Assembly: GCA_937868875.1 (NCBI GenBank)
Contig: CALMNP010000028.1
Span: 1-52,230, forward strand
Origin: an uncultured Bacillota bacterium
Lineage (GTDB): Bacteria > Bacillota > Sulfobacillia > JAMDAP01
Length of the DNA stretch: 52,230 bases
Direction of reading: 5' to 3'
Below the pieces are notes generated by a model. That model made no database searches. It was not told the DNA's origin and worked only from the letters and a program-made list of their open reading frames with translations. The position numbers and the translations under genes were made by a program. This document shows positions 1-9,115 of the stretch, one piece after another; the first letter of the stretch is position 1, and every line of letters starts with the position of its first letter.

Positions 1-1092
1 GCCCTGGGGTGGGGTGAGCGAACGGCTGTAGGCCAAAACGCCCTGTCTGGTGACGGCCACCTGCAGCGGCGGCCGCGACTGCACCAGGGGCAGCCCGTTG
101 AAGCGAAGAGCAAAGCCCAGGTGGTAGGCGCCGCCGTCCACCCGCTCGTCCACCAGGCTGCTGCCTACCAGCCAGCCGCCGTGGGTGGACACGAACTCGA
201 GGGTTCGGTCAAGAGCCTCCGACAGCGTGGGCGCGGCGGTGTCGTCTGCGTCAGGGGCCGCCGAGTACTCGGACTGGCCGGTGGCGTAGACCCGGAGCCA
301 GCGGGCTCCATCCGTGTAGATGTCGGCCCCGTCCCGTTCGGCGATGCGCCGGACGACCGCCATATCGGCGAACAGGCTGCGGGCCAGGACGTCCGGTTTC
401 AGCGGGTCGGGAATCAAGTGCGCCGCACTGACGGGGTAACCGGATGCGGGAACGTAGAGGCCCGAGGCCACGTCGAACCCGCCCACCCGTGGGGGCAGCT
501 GCACGGCGGGATGGTGTGGCTCGGCGCCAATGGCCTGCAGCACCGCATTGAGCCCGCTGTCGCCGGCGCGCAGCGGCGCCATGGCCCAGCGAGTCTCGCC
601 GTCCGCCTGGAGCAACACTTGCGGCGAAGGCCCCAGGGTGATGAGGATGTGTCGCGTCGGTGGCCACTCCTGGGGCCCGGCGTAGCCTCGCCAGGCCCAG
701 AGCCACTCGCTCAGGGGCACAGCGGCGTCGAAGGTCAGTTCCAGGCCTGGGTCACTCCGGAGCGCCTCCAGTTCCTCCGCGGACAGGGCCGCGTCGTCAG
801 CCGTTTCCACATGAGAGAGGATGCGGTGGGCCGCGTTCCAGGCGTCGGTGTACCGTCTGTCGCCGGGGAGAAGCAGGGCGTCGACGTCACGCCCCAGGTG
901 GGCCACCATCTGGCGCGGCAGGAGCAGCTGGACCGGGTCCGGCTGGTCCTTGACCTGCACCTTCAGGGCCGGGCGGCTGGCGATCATGGGCCCGTCCATC
1001 CCGAACCAGAGCATGGCGCTGAAGGCCACGCTGAGGGCCATCAGGACAACCAGCAGCAGGGATAAGGCCGAGATGCGATTGTGGCCGGTCAC
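1..1092 (-). CDS. YycH-like WalK-associated membrane protein, 3'-truncated by the window edge. Absent from the supplied ORF track because it has no stop in the window.
   Basis: My translation of the minus strand from GTG at 1092..1090 gives VTGHNRISALSLLLVVLMALSVAFSAMLWFGMDGPMIASRPALKVQVKDQPDPVQLL... It stays open for all 364 codons to position 1. Its start overlaps the walK stop in a GTGA arrangement. It has an N-terminal TM helix followed by an extracytoplasmic region. The position downstream of walK matches yycH in the Bacillus walRK-yycHIJ operon. The product call rests on synteny only. Confidence 0.5.
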   Translation of the reverse strand, partial: MTGHNRISALSLLLVVLMALSVAFSAMLWFGMDGPMIASRPALKVQVKDQPDPVQLLLPRQMVAHLGRDVDALLLPGDRRYTDAWNAAHRILSHVETADDAALSAEELEALRSDPGLELTFDAAVPLSEWLWAWRGYAGPQEWPPTRHILITLGPSPQVLLQADGETRWAMAPLRAGDSGLNAVLQAIGAEPHHPAVQLPPRVGGFDVASGLYVPASGYPVSAAHLIPDPLKPDVLARSLFADMAVVRRIAERDGADIYTDGARWLRVYATGQSEYSAAPDADDTAAPTLSEALDRTLEFVSTHGGWLVGSSLVDERVDGGAYHLGFALRFNGLPLVQSRPPLQVAVTRQGVLAYSRSLTPPQG

Positions 1093-2903
1093 GCCGCCTC
1101 CCCCCTCTCGGGGACGACGGGAATCGTAAACCGGACCTCTGTGCCCTTGCCGACCTCCGAGGACAGGCTGATCTCGCCGCCGTGCGCGGCTACGATCTCG
1201 CGCGCGATGGCCAGGCCCAGGCCGGTACCGCCCATCTCACGGGAACGGGCCTTATCCACCCGGTAGAAGCGCTCAAAGATGTGGGGAAGGTCCCGCGCAG
1301 GAATGCCGATGCCGGTGTCACGCACCCTGACGCCCAGGAAGTCGCCCTGGCGGGCGATGGACACGGTCACCCGGCCTCCCGCCGGCGTGTAGTTGATGGC
1401 GTTGTTCAGCACGTTGGTCAGTACCTGCTGCAGCCGGTCGGAGTCGGCCCAGGCCTTGGGCAAGTCCTCCGGCCACTGGCGTTCCAGGGTGACCTGCCTT
1501 TGCCCAGCCTGCACGGCCAGGGCCGCCAGAACGTCCGCGGTCAGGCCCGGCAGCGACGTCGGCGCGAACCGCCACACCACCTGGCCGCTGTCCATCTGGG
1601 CCAGGCGCAGCAGGTCAGCCACCAGGCGGCTCATGCGGTCCGCCTCGCCCGCAGCCACGCGCAGGAAGCGCTGCAGAACGGACGGGTCGGCCGAGGCGCC
1701 ATCCAGCAGCGTTTCCAGGTAGCTCTTCACGGTGGTGATCGGCGTGCGCAGTTCGTGGGAGACGTTGGCCACAAACTCGCGGCGCATGCGGTCCAGGTTC
1801 TCCTGCTCTGTGACGTCGTGCATGACGATGACCGCTCCGGCGTTGGCGCTGCGGTCCGAGGGCAGGGGGGCAATGTCGGCGCGGACCACCCTCGGAGGCT
1901 CCTGGGGCAAGGTCACCCGTTCGCTGATGGTCTCGCCGTGGCGAAGCACGCGGCTCATGGCCTCGTCCAGGCCCAGCTCGCGCAGCCAGGCCGTGGCCCG
2001 GGTGCCCAGGGTCTTCTCCCGGTCCATGCCCAACATGGCGGCGGCGGCGGGGTTCATGAGCATCACCTGGTCCTGCCGGTCAACGGCCACGAGGCCATCC
2101 GCCATATGGGTCAGGATGGCCTCCACCTTGCGCTTCTCGTCCGAGATCTCGCCCAGCGTTTCCTTGAGCCGCTGGGTCATGTAGTTGAACGTGCTGCCAA
2201 GCTGACCGATCTCGTCCGAGGCCTGGATCTGAATGGACTGATTGAAGTCGCCCGCAGCCATCCTGGCGGCGCGCGAGGTCAGCTCCTGGATAGGGTCGGT
2301 AATGGTCCGCGCCAAGGCCACGCCCAGCACGGCGGTCACCAGCAGGGCGATGCCCGTGGCGTAGAGGACGTATTTGCGGATATCCGCCAGGGTCCGGTAC
2401 TCGTTCTCAAGAGAGGCGGACAGGTAGACAATGCCGGTGATGGGCTCGGCCGCCTGAACCTGCTGGCCCGGCCGACCCTGGATGGGCACGGCCAGGTACA
2501 GCCGGCGCTCGCCGGTGTCCGGGTCGCGGCCCACGCGCTCGCCCCGTGAGCCGGCGATGGCCCTGGTGATCTCGTCCGTGGTCAGGCGGTTGCCCTGCCA
2601 CTCCGGACGGCCCCCGGGCGCAGCGATGACCACCCCGTCCGGGCTGAGCACGGCTACCTCGGCCCCAAACAGGCCGGACCACTCCTGCGCCAGGTTCTGC
2701 AGGCCGGACGGGTCCGGCTTCGGCCCCAGGTAGCGCTGCAGCGAGCCGGCGAAGATCTGGGCCTGCGTATAGAGGGTCTGGGAGAAGTTGCCCAGATAGT
2801 AGCGCTCCAGCGATTGAAGCAGGTAAAAGCCGGTCAGCTCCATGGCCACCAGCACGAGCATGAGGTACATCAGGGCCATCTTCCACTGTAGTCCTCGCCG
2901 CAC
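1089..2903 (-). CDS. walK: WalK/VicK-type essential sensor histidine kinase (TM - extracellular loop - TM - HAMP - PAS - HisKA - HATPase)
   Basis: H-box VANVSHELRTPITTVKSYLETLLDG. N/G boxes NNAINYTP, DTGIGI, GGTGLGLAI. HAMP segment ITDPIQELTSRAARMAAGDFNQ. PAS segment ILTHMADGLVAVDRQ. The track ORF (to 3149) overlaps walR. I chose GTG at 2903 because the SD GGAGGAGGG lies about 9 nt upstream. ATG at 2879 (MALMYLML...) is the alternative start. Confidence 0.85.
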   Translation of the reverse strand: MRRGLQWKMALMYLMLVLVAMELTGFYLLQSLERYYLGNFSQTLYTQAQIFAGSLQRYLGPKPDPSGLQNLAQEWSGLFGAEVAVLSPDGVVIAAPGGRPEWQGNRLTTDEITRAIAGSRGERVGRDPDTGERRLYLAVPIQGRPGQQVQAAEPITGIVYLSASLENEYRTLADIRKYVLYATGIALLVTAVLGVALARTITDPIQELTSRAARMAAGDFNQSIQIQASDEIGQLGSTFNYMTQRLKETLGEISDEKRKVEAILTHMADGLVAVDRQDQVMLMNPAAAAMLGMDREKTLGTRATAWLRELGLDEAMSRVLRHGETISERVTLPQEPPRVVRADIAPLPSDRSANAGAVIVMHDVTEQENLDRMRREFVANVSHELRTPITTVKSYLETLLDGASADPSVLQRFLRVAAGEADRMSRLVADLLRLAQMDSGQVVWRFAPTSLPGLTADVLAALAVQAGQRQVTLERQWPEDLPKAWADSDRLQQVLTNVLNNAINYTPAGGRVTVSIARQGDFLGVRVRDTGIGIPARDLPHIFERFYRVDKARSREMGGTGLGLAIAREIVAAHGGEISLSSEVGKGTEVRFTIPVVPERGEAA

Positions 2904-2928
2904 CGGCCTGTCCCTCCTCCCCGCAGGC

Positions 2929-3627
2929 CTAGGCCTGGTTGGGGCGCTGGCAGTAATAACCCACACCGCGCCGGGTCCGGATGTACTCCGGATTCCCCGG
3001 GTCCACCTCGATCTTTTCACGCAGCCGGCGCACGGTGACGTCCACGGTGCGGACATCGCCGAAGTAGTCAAAGCCCCAGACGTCCTGAAGCAATGACTCG
3101 CGCGAGAACACCTGCCCCGGATGCAGGGCCAGGTGCCGCAGGAGGTCAAACTCCTTGGGCGTCAGGTCGATGACCTGGCCGCCGCGCTCCGCCGAGTAGG
3201 CCTCCTGGTCCACGGCCAGATCGCCTAGTTGCAGGCGCTTGGGCTGCCCCGCCTGGCCGACGGCCGGCCGGCGGCGCAGGATGGCCTTGACCCGTGCCAT
3301 GATCTCCCGCGGGCTGAAGGGCTTGGTGACGTAGTCGTCGGCGCCCAGTTCCAACCCCAGGACCTTGTCGACCTCCTGGTCCTTGGCCGTCAGCATCAGG
3401 ATCGGCACGTCCGAGTCTTTGCGGACCTCACGGCACACCGCGAAGCCGTCCAGCTTCGGCAGCATGATGTCCAGGATCATGAGGTCAGGGTGCTGGGCGT
3501 GGGCGGCCTCCAGGGCCTCTTCCCCGTCGTAGGCCACCACCACCCGATATCCCTCGCGCTCCAGGTTGAATTTCAGGATCTCGGCAATGGGCTTTTCGTC
3601 GTCCACAACCAGAATGGTCTCAGCCAC
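2929..3627 (-). CDS. walR: OmpR-family response regulator WalR/YycF
   Basis: Receiver domain [25 protein letters not shown]...[15 protein letters not shown]. Winged-helix C-terminus [14 protein letters not shown]...[10 protein letters not shown]. It lies directly upstream of walK. GTG start with a GGGGG SD. Confidence 0.9.
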   Translation of the reverse strand: MAETILVVDDEKPIAEILKFNLEREGYRVVVAYDGEEALEAAHAQHPDLMILDIMLPKLDGFAVCREVRKDSDVPILMLTAKDQEVDKVLGLELGADDYVTKPFSPREIMARVKAILRRRPAVGQAGQPKRLQLGDLAVDQEAYSAERGGQVIDLTPKEFDLLRHLALHPGQVFSRESLLQDVWGFDYFGDVRTVDVTVRRLREKIEVDPGNPEYIRTRRGVGYYCQRPNQA

Positions 3628-3727
3628 TGAGCAACCCCCACTTCACCCGGCAGGCTTCGCCACGGCGCCACCCATCTCCTCTGCGGCGGTTGCCGCCGGA
3701 CCGCCGGAAAGTCCTGCAGCCGCTGCC

Positions 3728-4624
3728 CTAAGACAGCGGCTGCGCGTCTAGTTTGGTTTGGTTCTGGTCGAGCCAATTCTGGTACAGCCCGTTCAGCCGG
3801 CTCCAGGGGATGTGGTACTGGGCCTCCACGGCCTGGGAGAAAGACTGCCCCTCGGCCAAACGGTCGACCAGAGCGCCGATGGAGGCGTCCCCGCCGCGCT
3901 GCGCCAGGAAGTCCACCAGGAGGTACGACTCCCGGTAGGCCAGGGCCACGTTCGGCAGTTGATCAAAGTCTCTATCCAACTGGTCCAGCGAGTAGCGGGG
4001 CTGGTCCAGGCGATTCTCGGGCTCCAGCCAGACGTAGCCGGTGACGCGGTGCTCCACCCACTGGGCCAGGCCCTCGCTGAACCAGTGCGGGTAGTTGCCT
4101 GAGGTCCGGTAGTCCAGGGCCAGATGGGTAAACTCGTGGGAGATGGGGCCCATTTGCCGAAACGCCTGCTCCATCTCCACCGGGTCGTTGGTTCCTGCCC
4201 AGACGTTGGGCGAGAGCAGCCGGATGGTGCCCCCAAAATAGACGCCCAGGGCCGACTCCTGGTCGGACCAGCCAAAGGCCTGGCGCAGGGAAGCGCGATC
4301 CGGATAGACGACCAACTGAACCCTTTCAGAAGGCGTAAAATGCAGCTGCTGCACCAGTGTTGGGTAGAGGTCCTCCGCCACCCGCAGAATGATGGGGGCG
4401 GCGTTCCTGTCCCGCTCCGTATACCACACCGCGAAGTGTGTCCCTTCCAGCGGCGTGTAGCCGTGGAGAGACGTGGTGGTGCGCCAGCGGTTGACGTCGC
4501 GAACCGCGTTGTAGACTGCAGCCTGCGGCTGGTGCAGGCTCGTGGCCAGCAACGCCGTCAGGAGCAACGGCATCACCAGCCAGATGACGGGAACCAGCCA
4601 GAGTCTCTTTCCGCGCACCATCAC
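3728..4624 (-). CDS. Membrane-anchored putative zinc metallopeptidase (HEXXH, peptidase MA-like), first gene of the walRK transcription unit
   Basis: N-terminal TM helix LWLVPVIWLVMPLLLTALLA. HEFTH motif (ISHEFTHLALDY) followed by a downstream Glu (WFSEGLAQW), typical of gluzincins. SD AGGAGGGA lies before the start. I recognise no closer family. Confidence 0.6.
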   Translation of the reverse strand: MMVRGKRLWLVPVIWLVMPLLLTALLATSLHQPQAAVYNAVRDVNRWRTTTSLHGYTPLEGTHFAVWYTERDRNAAPIILRVAEDLYPTLVQQLHFTPSERVQLVVYPDRASLRQAFGWSDQESALGVYFGGTIRLLSPNVWAGTNDPVEMEQAFRQMGPISHEFTHLALDYRTSGNYPHWFSEGLAQWVEHRVTGYVWLEPENRLDQPRYSLDQLDRDFDQLPNVALAYRESYLLVDFLAQRGGDASIGALVDRLAEGQSFSQAVEAQYHIPWSRLNGLYQNWLDQNQTKLDAQPLS

Positions 4625-4762
4625 AATCCCTCCTTTCCTGCCGTCTTACCTCCATTCTAGTGAAGATGCCATAATGGCCTCAACCCGCAAATTATGTAAC
4701 ACATAGATGGAAGATTCGTTGTCGCCACAGCATCGTGGCTACCGGCGACTCGTCCGGAAGCG

Positions 4763-4794
4763 CAAAAAAAATGTGGTCGCTCGCGCGTCCACAT
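4763..4794 (-). terminator. Rho-independent terminator or attenuator hairpin followed by eight U
   Basis: The minus strand reads AUGUGGACGCGCGAGCGACCACAU followed by UUUUUUUGCG. Stems are 4771..4776 / 4789..4794 plus an inner CGC/GCG pair. Confidence 0.65.
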
Positions 4795-4870
4795 CCATAG
4801 AGGGGGTCGAACAGTGAATGACATCAGTGGGGGTTACAAATAGAAAGTAACACCCCCTCATTACGATGGT

Positions 4871-4887
4871 GTTACAAAGAAATTACA
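4871..4887 (-). promoter_or_regulatory. Perfect WalR-box direct repeat TGTAAT-N5-TGTAAC
   Basis: The minus strand reads TGTAATTTCTTTGTAAC. This matches the published WalR consensus TGT(A/T)A(A/T/C)-N5-TGT(A/T)A(A/T/C) with no mismatch. Extra half-sites occur at 4833..4838, 4847..4852 and 4696..4701. The box sits in the only AT-rich patch of this region, upstream of the MA-peptidase-walRK genes. Confidence 0.5.
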
Positions 4888-4901
4888 GTTGGGTAATTTG
4901 C

Positions 4902-4953
4902 AAAAAGAAGCAGCGCCGGCAATCCCCGCCACCGGGGCATTCCTGGCGCTGCT
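4902..4953 (-). terminator. Rho-independent terminator of the G5/LysM/M23 gene
   Basis: On the minus strand, AGCAGCGCC (4953..4945) pairs with GGCGCUGCU (4917..4909). An inner CCCCG/CGGGG stem is present. UCUUUUUGC follows. Confidence 0.65.
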
Positions 4954-4990
4954 GGTCTGGTGAGCACTAATGGTTGGCTTTTTTGGTGAC

Positions 4991-6343
4991 CTAGTCCGGG
5001 AAGAACTGCCGCGGATCCACGGCCTTGCCGTCGCGTCGAACTTCAAAGTGCAGGTGGGGTCCGGTGCTGCGGCCCGTGCTCCCCTCATAGCCGATCAGCT
5101 CGCCCTTCTTCACCGTCTGGCCCTGCTTGACGGCGATGGAGCTGAGATGACCGTAGATGGTGACCAGCTTGCCCTCACCGTGGTCGATGCGCACGGCGTA
5201 GCCGTAGCCCCCATCCCAGCCGGCCTCCACTACGGTTCCGTCGTCCGCAGCCACAATGGCGGTGCCCTTGGGCGCCGCCAGGTCGAGGCCGGGGTGGAAC
5301 TCGCGGCCGCGCCAGCCGAACCCGGAGGTCAGCCGGGCCCCGCTGATGGGCAGGAGGAATTGGCCGCTGCCGAGTTTCGGCGCCAGCTTGGTCCCCTGCA
5401 CGAACACGGCGCCCTTCGCGTCGCTCAGGACCTCTTCCTTGAGGGGCTTGCGCTCTACCACTTTGCCGTTCTCACGGCTGACGGCGTAGGTCACCTGACG
5501 CTTGCCGAAGACCCCCTTCACCAGGTACTCCGACTGCCAGGGATAGCGGTCGGGGTCCTGCCGCGTTTCCACGTCAAAGGGGATGTTCTCGACAACGGTC
5601 ACCTCTTCGGTGCTTTCCAGGTGAATGTAGGGCTCGGCCACAATCAGGTTGAGCTCCTGGCCGGGCTGGAGAGCCGTGGGTTTGACGCCCGGGTTGGCCT
5701 GGCTCAGGTCATCCGGGGTCAGGCCATTCACCTCGGCGATGCGCCAGAGGGTATCGCCCCGCTGCACCGTGTAGGTCTGCAGCTTGTCCGTGCCGCGGAC
5801 GAGAATGCGCTGGGCCTCTTCCGCCGTGCGGACATCGTCCGCGCGGGCCATGCCGTCCGCCAGGGTCAGCTGCTCCTTGATGGCGACCTGCTTGACCTCC
5901 GCCTGGGCATCCAGGGCCTGGCGGTAGTCGGCCTCAATGGCATCCACCACCGACTGCGCCGTCTCCCGGTCGGCCACGAACACCACGGACTGCCCCGCCA
6001 CCCGAATGGCAACGGCAGGCACCTGTCGGTTGGCCGCCGCCTGCAGGCGCTCGGCCAATTCGTCGGCAGTCAGCTGCAGCAGCCGGTCCGACACCGGCAC
6101 GCGCTGAATGGTCACCTGTTCGGCCAGGCCGGCCCCGCTGGGGGCAAGCACTGCCAGCTTCTCCACGGCCTGCTTGGCCTGCGTCTCCGAGGGCACGGCG
6201 CCCAGCACCGTTCCCTCCAGACTGACAGCGTAGACGAAACGGGAGGCGGCGTAATGGCGCCAGAACAGAGCCGCCAGGGCCAGGGCCAGGATCATTCCGG
6301 CCAGCAGGAGACGCCGCTGGGGAGGTAGACGTAACTGCGCCAA
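4991..6343 (-). CDS. Secreted or anchored peptidoglycan hydrolase: LysM + G5 + M23 (LytM) metallopeptidase
   Basis: LysM: YTVQRGDTLWRIAEVNGLTPDDLSQANPGVKPTALQPGQELNL. G5-like: IPFDVETRQDPDRYPWQSEYLVKGVFGKRQVTYAVSRENGKVVERK...VFVQGTK. M23 motifs HPGLD and GPHLHFEV. TTG start with SD AGGAGGGA 5 nt upstream. Confidence 0.85.
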   Translation of the reverse strand: MAQLRLPPQRRLLLAGMILALALAALFWRHYAASRFVYAVSLEGTVLGAVPSETQAKQAVEKLAVLAPSGAGLAEQVTIQRVPVSDRLLQLTADELAERLQAAANRQVPAVAIRVAGQSVVFVADRETAQSVVDAIEADYRQALDAQAEVKQVAIKEQLTLADGMARADDVRTAEEAQRILVRGTDKLQTYTVQRGDTLWRIAEVNGLTPDDLSQANPGVKPTALQPGQELNLIVAEPYIHLESTEEVTVVENIPFDVETRQDPDRYPWQSEYLVKGVFGKRQVTYAVSRENGKVVERKPLKEEVLSDAKGAVFVQGTKLAPKLGSGQFLLPISGARLTSGFGWRGREFHPGLDLAAPKGTAIVAADDGTVVEAGWDGGYGYAVRIDHGEGKLVTIYGHLSSIAVKQGQTVKKGELIGYEGSTGRSTGPHLHFEVRRDGKAVDPRQFFPD

Positions 6344-6483
6344 GGGTGTCCCTCCTGAATCGAGGTGGGGAGGACAATGTTCTCCATAAGGGGAGGGTTT
6401 CCTGCCTCTCCAGCAACCTTATATTTCAGGAAAGTTGTTGCCAAAAAATAGATTGGCTTACACACCCCTGGTTTTATGCAAAT

Positions 6484-6513
6484 CGCCCTCCGCCCCTAAT
6501 GGGGCGAAGGGCG
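6484..6513 (-). terminator. Stem-loop downstream of hemL (13-bp GC stem, weak U tail)
   Basis: CGCCCUUCGCCCC-AUUA-GGGGCGGAGGGCG on the minus strand, followed by AUUUGCAU. Confidence 0.45.
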
Positions 6514-6522
6514 TCTTTCCGT

Positions 6523-7824
6523 CTAGCCTCTCATGTCTGAAAGCACCTGCCGGGTGGCCTCCAACGTTTCGTCCAGGTCTTGCCGGCTGTGAGCGATGGT
6601 CAGGAACCAGGCCTCGAAACGGGACGGCGCCAGGTGCACGCCCCGGTCCAGAAGCCCTCGGAAGAGCCTGGCGAAGCGGCCCGTGTCCGCGGTTTGGGCC
6701 GTTGTGTAGTCCCTTACCGGCGTCCCTGTGAAGAAGAGCGTGAAGCCGGAGCCGTAGCGGTTGAGCTGCACCTCGTGACCGAACTCCCGGGCGTTCCGCA
6801 GCACTCCTTCGGCCAGGTAGGCGGCCTTGGCCTCCAACCCCTCGTAGGTGCCTGGGCGCCGTAGAATGTCCAGGGCCTTGAGCCCCGCCGAGACGGAGAG
6901 CGGGTTGCCCGCCAGGGTGCCGGCCTGGTAGGCGGCGCCCTTGGGGGCGATGAGGTCCATCAGCTCGCGCCGGCCGCCGTAGGCGCCCAGGGCCAGACCG
7001 CCGCCGACAATCTTGCCAAGGCAGGTGATGTCCGGACTCTGCCCCAGGATGTTCTGCGCCCCCCCGTAGGTGAACCGGAACGCGGTGATGACCTCGTCGT
7101 AAATCACCAGGCCGCCCGCCTCGTGCATCAGACGGGTGACCTCGTCCAGAAAGCCGGGCTTGGGCTCGACGATTCCCATATTGCCGACCACGGGCTCGAC
7201 CAGGATGGCGGCGACCTCGCTGCCCCAGCGGTCGAGGGCGTCCTTCAGGGCGCCCACATTGTTGAACGGAAGACTGACGACATCCGCCGCCACGTGGGTG
7301 GGCACGCCGGCGCTGTCGGCGATGCCCAGCGTGGAAGGTCCCGAACCGGCCTTGACCAGGGCGATGTCGGAATGGCCATGGTAGCAGCCCTCGAACTTCA
7401 TGATGCGGCTGCGCCCGGTTGCCGCCCGGGACAGACGGACGGCGGTCATGACCGCCTCGGTGCCGGAGTTGACGAACCGAACCCTCTCCATGGAGGGGAT
7501 GGCCTCCCGGACGCGCTCGGCCAGCTGGACCTCCAGCTCGGTAGGCGCGCCGTACAGAGTGCCGCGGCTGGCAGCCTTGGTGATGGCCTCGGTCATCTCC
7601 GGATGGGCATGGCCCAGGATGACGGGTCCGTAGGCAGCCAGGTAGTCGATGTAGCGGTTGCCATCCGCATCCCAGAGGTAGGCCCCCTGAGCACGGGCGA
7701 TGAAGACCGGAGCGCCCCCGCCCACTGCCTTAAAGGAGCGGGCAGGGCTGTTCACGCCGCCCACGATGACGTCCAGGGCGCGCTGGTAGAGTTCCTCTGA
7801 CTGATGGTAGCGGTCTGTGTTCAC
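6523..7824 (-). CDS. hemL: Glutamate-1-semialdehyde 2,1-aminomutase
   Basis: Full-length family match: [51 protein letters not shown] (PLP lysine). GTG start with SD AGGAGGAGAG. Confidence 0.95.
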   Translation of the reverse strand: MNTDRYHQSEELYQRALDVIVGGVNSPARSFKAVGGGAPVFIARAQGAYLWDADGNRYIDYLAAYGPVILGHAHPEMTEAITKAASRGTLYGAPTELEVQLAERVREAIPSMERVRFVNSGTEAVMTAVRLSRAATGRSRIMKFEGCYHGHSDIALVKAGSGPSTLGIADSAGVPTHVAADVVSLPFNNVGALKDALDRWGSEVAAILVEPVVGNMGIVEPKPGFLDEVTRLMHEAGGLVIYDEVITAFRFTYGGAQNILGQSPDITCLGKIVGGGLALGAYGGRRELMDLIAPKGAAYQAGTLAGNPLSVSAGLKALDILRRPGTYEGLEAKAAYLAEGVLRNAREFGHEVQLNRYGSGFTLFFTGTPVRDYTTAQTADTGRFARLFRGLLDRGVHLAPSRFEAWFLTIAHSRQDLDETLEATRQVLSDMRG

Positions 7825-7948
7825 GGATCTCTCTCCTCCTTGGCGAACGGCTCTACTGATTCGGCGCCGGAGCGCTCCTGTCCTGCGCCGGGCCCGGGAG
7901 GGGACGGAAGGTCACAACATTTTCCATTCCCTGATTTAGGAGGAAAGG

Positions 7949-7977
7949 TTTACAGGGGGTCCCGAGGTGGATATAAT
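7949..7977 (+). promoter_or_regulatory. Sigma-A-type promoter TTTACA-17-TATAAT for the LysM/M23 gene
   Basis: TTTACA at 7949..7954, a 17-nt spacer, then TATAAT at 7972..7977. Confidence 0.6.
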
Positions 7978-7994
7978 AAGACCGCCAACTTGGC

Positions 7995-9014
7995 ATGGTA
8001 AGGCAGGTTGTAAGATTGAAGGACAGGCTAGTGGGCCTGACGGAGAGGCTCAAGCGGCCGGCGACAGCCGCCGCTGTTGTCTCGCTGGTGGTTGCCCTGG
8101 CGGCAGGGAGTGCCGTCTTCGGGCGTCAGGCAGTGTCCGTCGAGCGAGCCCAGGAGCGCGAGCCCGGCATGGAAGTGCCCGGCCAGGAACCCGAGTTGTT
8201 GCATGGAGTCCGGCTTCGCCAGGTTCTGGCGACGCTGGGACCGGAGAACCTTGAGGCGCCCCAGCCCCTGCTGCCGCCCGGTCTGAAGCGCTATGTGGTT
8301 GGTCAGGGCGACACGCTGTGGGACATTGCGGCGAACCTGGGGGCGAGCGTGGAGCAGATCACCGCCAGCAACACGCTGGAGCGCGGCGACCTGATCAGCC
8401 CCGGCAAAGAGCTGATCGTGCCCATCGTCCCGGGCTTCGCCTACCGAATCAAGGACGGAGACACCCTTTCCTCCCTGGCCACCCGCTACAGCATAGAGGC
8501 GGATTCCATCCAGACCGCCAACGGCATCGCCCCGGACCAGGCTCTTTTGCCGGGAACCATCGTGTTGCTGCCGGGCGCCAGGCCGCCGGCTGCCGACAAG
8601 GTTCGCGTGGCCTCCGCCTCCCGTTCCCTGAGCAGCGGCCGGAACACAGGCGCCTGGGCCTGGCCCGCCCGCGGCCCCATCACCTCGGGCTTCGGCACGC
8701 GGTGGGGGAGCTTCCACGAGGGCATCGACATCGGGGTGGGGACTGGCACGGCGGTCCATGCCAGCCGTTCCGGCCGCGTCACCCGCGCGGGCTGGGACGG
8801 CGGTTACGGCAAGGTGGTCATGATCAGTCATGGTGGAGGACTGACGACGGTCTACGCGCACCTCTCCCAGTTGGAGGTGAGCGTCGGTGAACAGGTGGAC
8901 CAGGGGCAGGTCGTCGGCCTGTCCGGGTCTACGGGCAACTCCACCGGCCCCCACCTGCACTTCGAGGTACGGGTGAACGGCACGCAGAAGAACCCCCTCT
9001 CCTACTTGCCCTGA
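7995..9014 (+). CDS. Peptidoglycan hydrolase: TM anchor + 2 LysM + M23 metallopeptidase
   Basis: LysM repeats YVVGQGDTLWDIAANLGASVEQITASNTL...GKELIVP and YRIKDGDTLSSLATRYSIEADSIQTANGI. M23 motifs HEGID and GPHLHFEV. The start is ambiguous. ATG at 7995 would be nearly leaderless given the promoter. TTG at 8016 has SD AAGGCAGG 8 nt upstream. Confidence 0.85.
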   Translation: MVRQVVRLKDRLVGLTERLKRPATAAAVVSLVVALAAGSAVFGRQAVSVERAQEREPGMEVPGQEPELLHGVRLRQVLATLGPENLEAPQPLLPPGLKRYVVGQGDTLWDIAANLGASVEQITASNTLERGDLISPGKELIVPIVPGFAYRIKDGDTLSSLATRYSIEADSIQTANGIAPDQALLPGTIVLLPGARPPAADKVRVASASRSLSSGRNTGAWAWPARGPITSGFGTRWGSFHEGIDIGVGTGTAVHASRSGRVTRAGWDGGYGKVVMISHGGGLTTVYAHLSQLEVSVGEQVDQGQVVGLSGSTGNSTGPHLHFEVRVNGTQKNPLSYLP

Positions 9015-9053
9015 CACCTCGCCCCTGACCTCTTCCGCCGATAGCAACAAGAG

Positions 9054-9079
9054 AGCGCCGGACGATGCCGTCCGGCGCT
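9054..9079. terminator. Bidirectional stem-loop between convergent genes
   Basis: AGCGCCGGAC-gaugcc-GUCCGGCGCU, with a pyrimidine/U-rich tail on the plus strand. Confidence 0.5.
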
Positions 9080-9115
9080 TCTCCTTGCCTGCCTGCAAGT
9101 TGTCTTGCCTGGGCC

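Noticed and set aside
121-1065. 314-aa plus-strand ORF at the left edge, plus the nested ORFs at 251..706, 660..953 and 821..1129
   Set aside because: The sequence is Arg/Gly/Pro-rich with no recognisable motif. The opposite strand carries a frame that stays open from a GTGA overlap with walK to the window edge. That frame has a TM helix and the expected yycH position, so the plus-strand ORF is an antisense artefact of GC-rich DNA.
4765-4868. 43-codon ORF (MRGCYFLFVTPTDVIHCSTPS...) in the WalR-box spacer
   Set aside because: It has no SD, it runs straight through two hairpins and the U-tract, and its composition is uninformative. I treat the region as RNA or regulatory instead.
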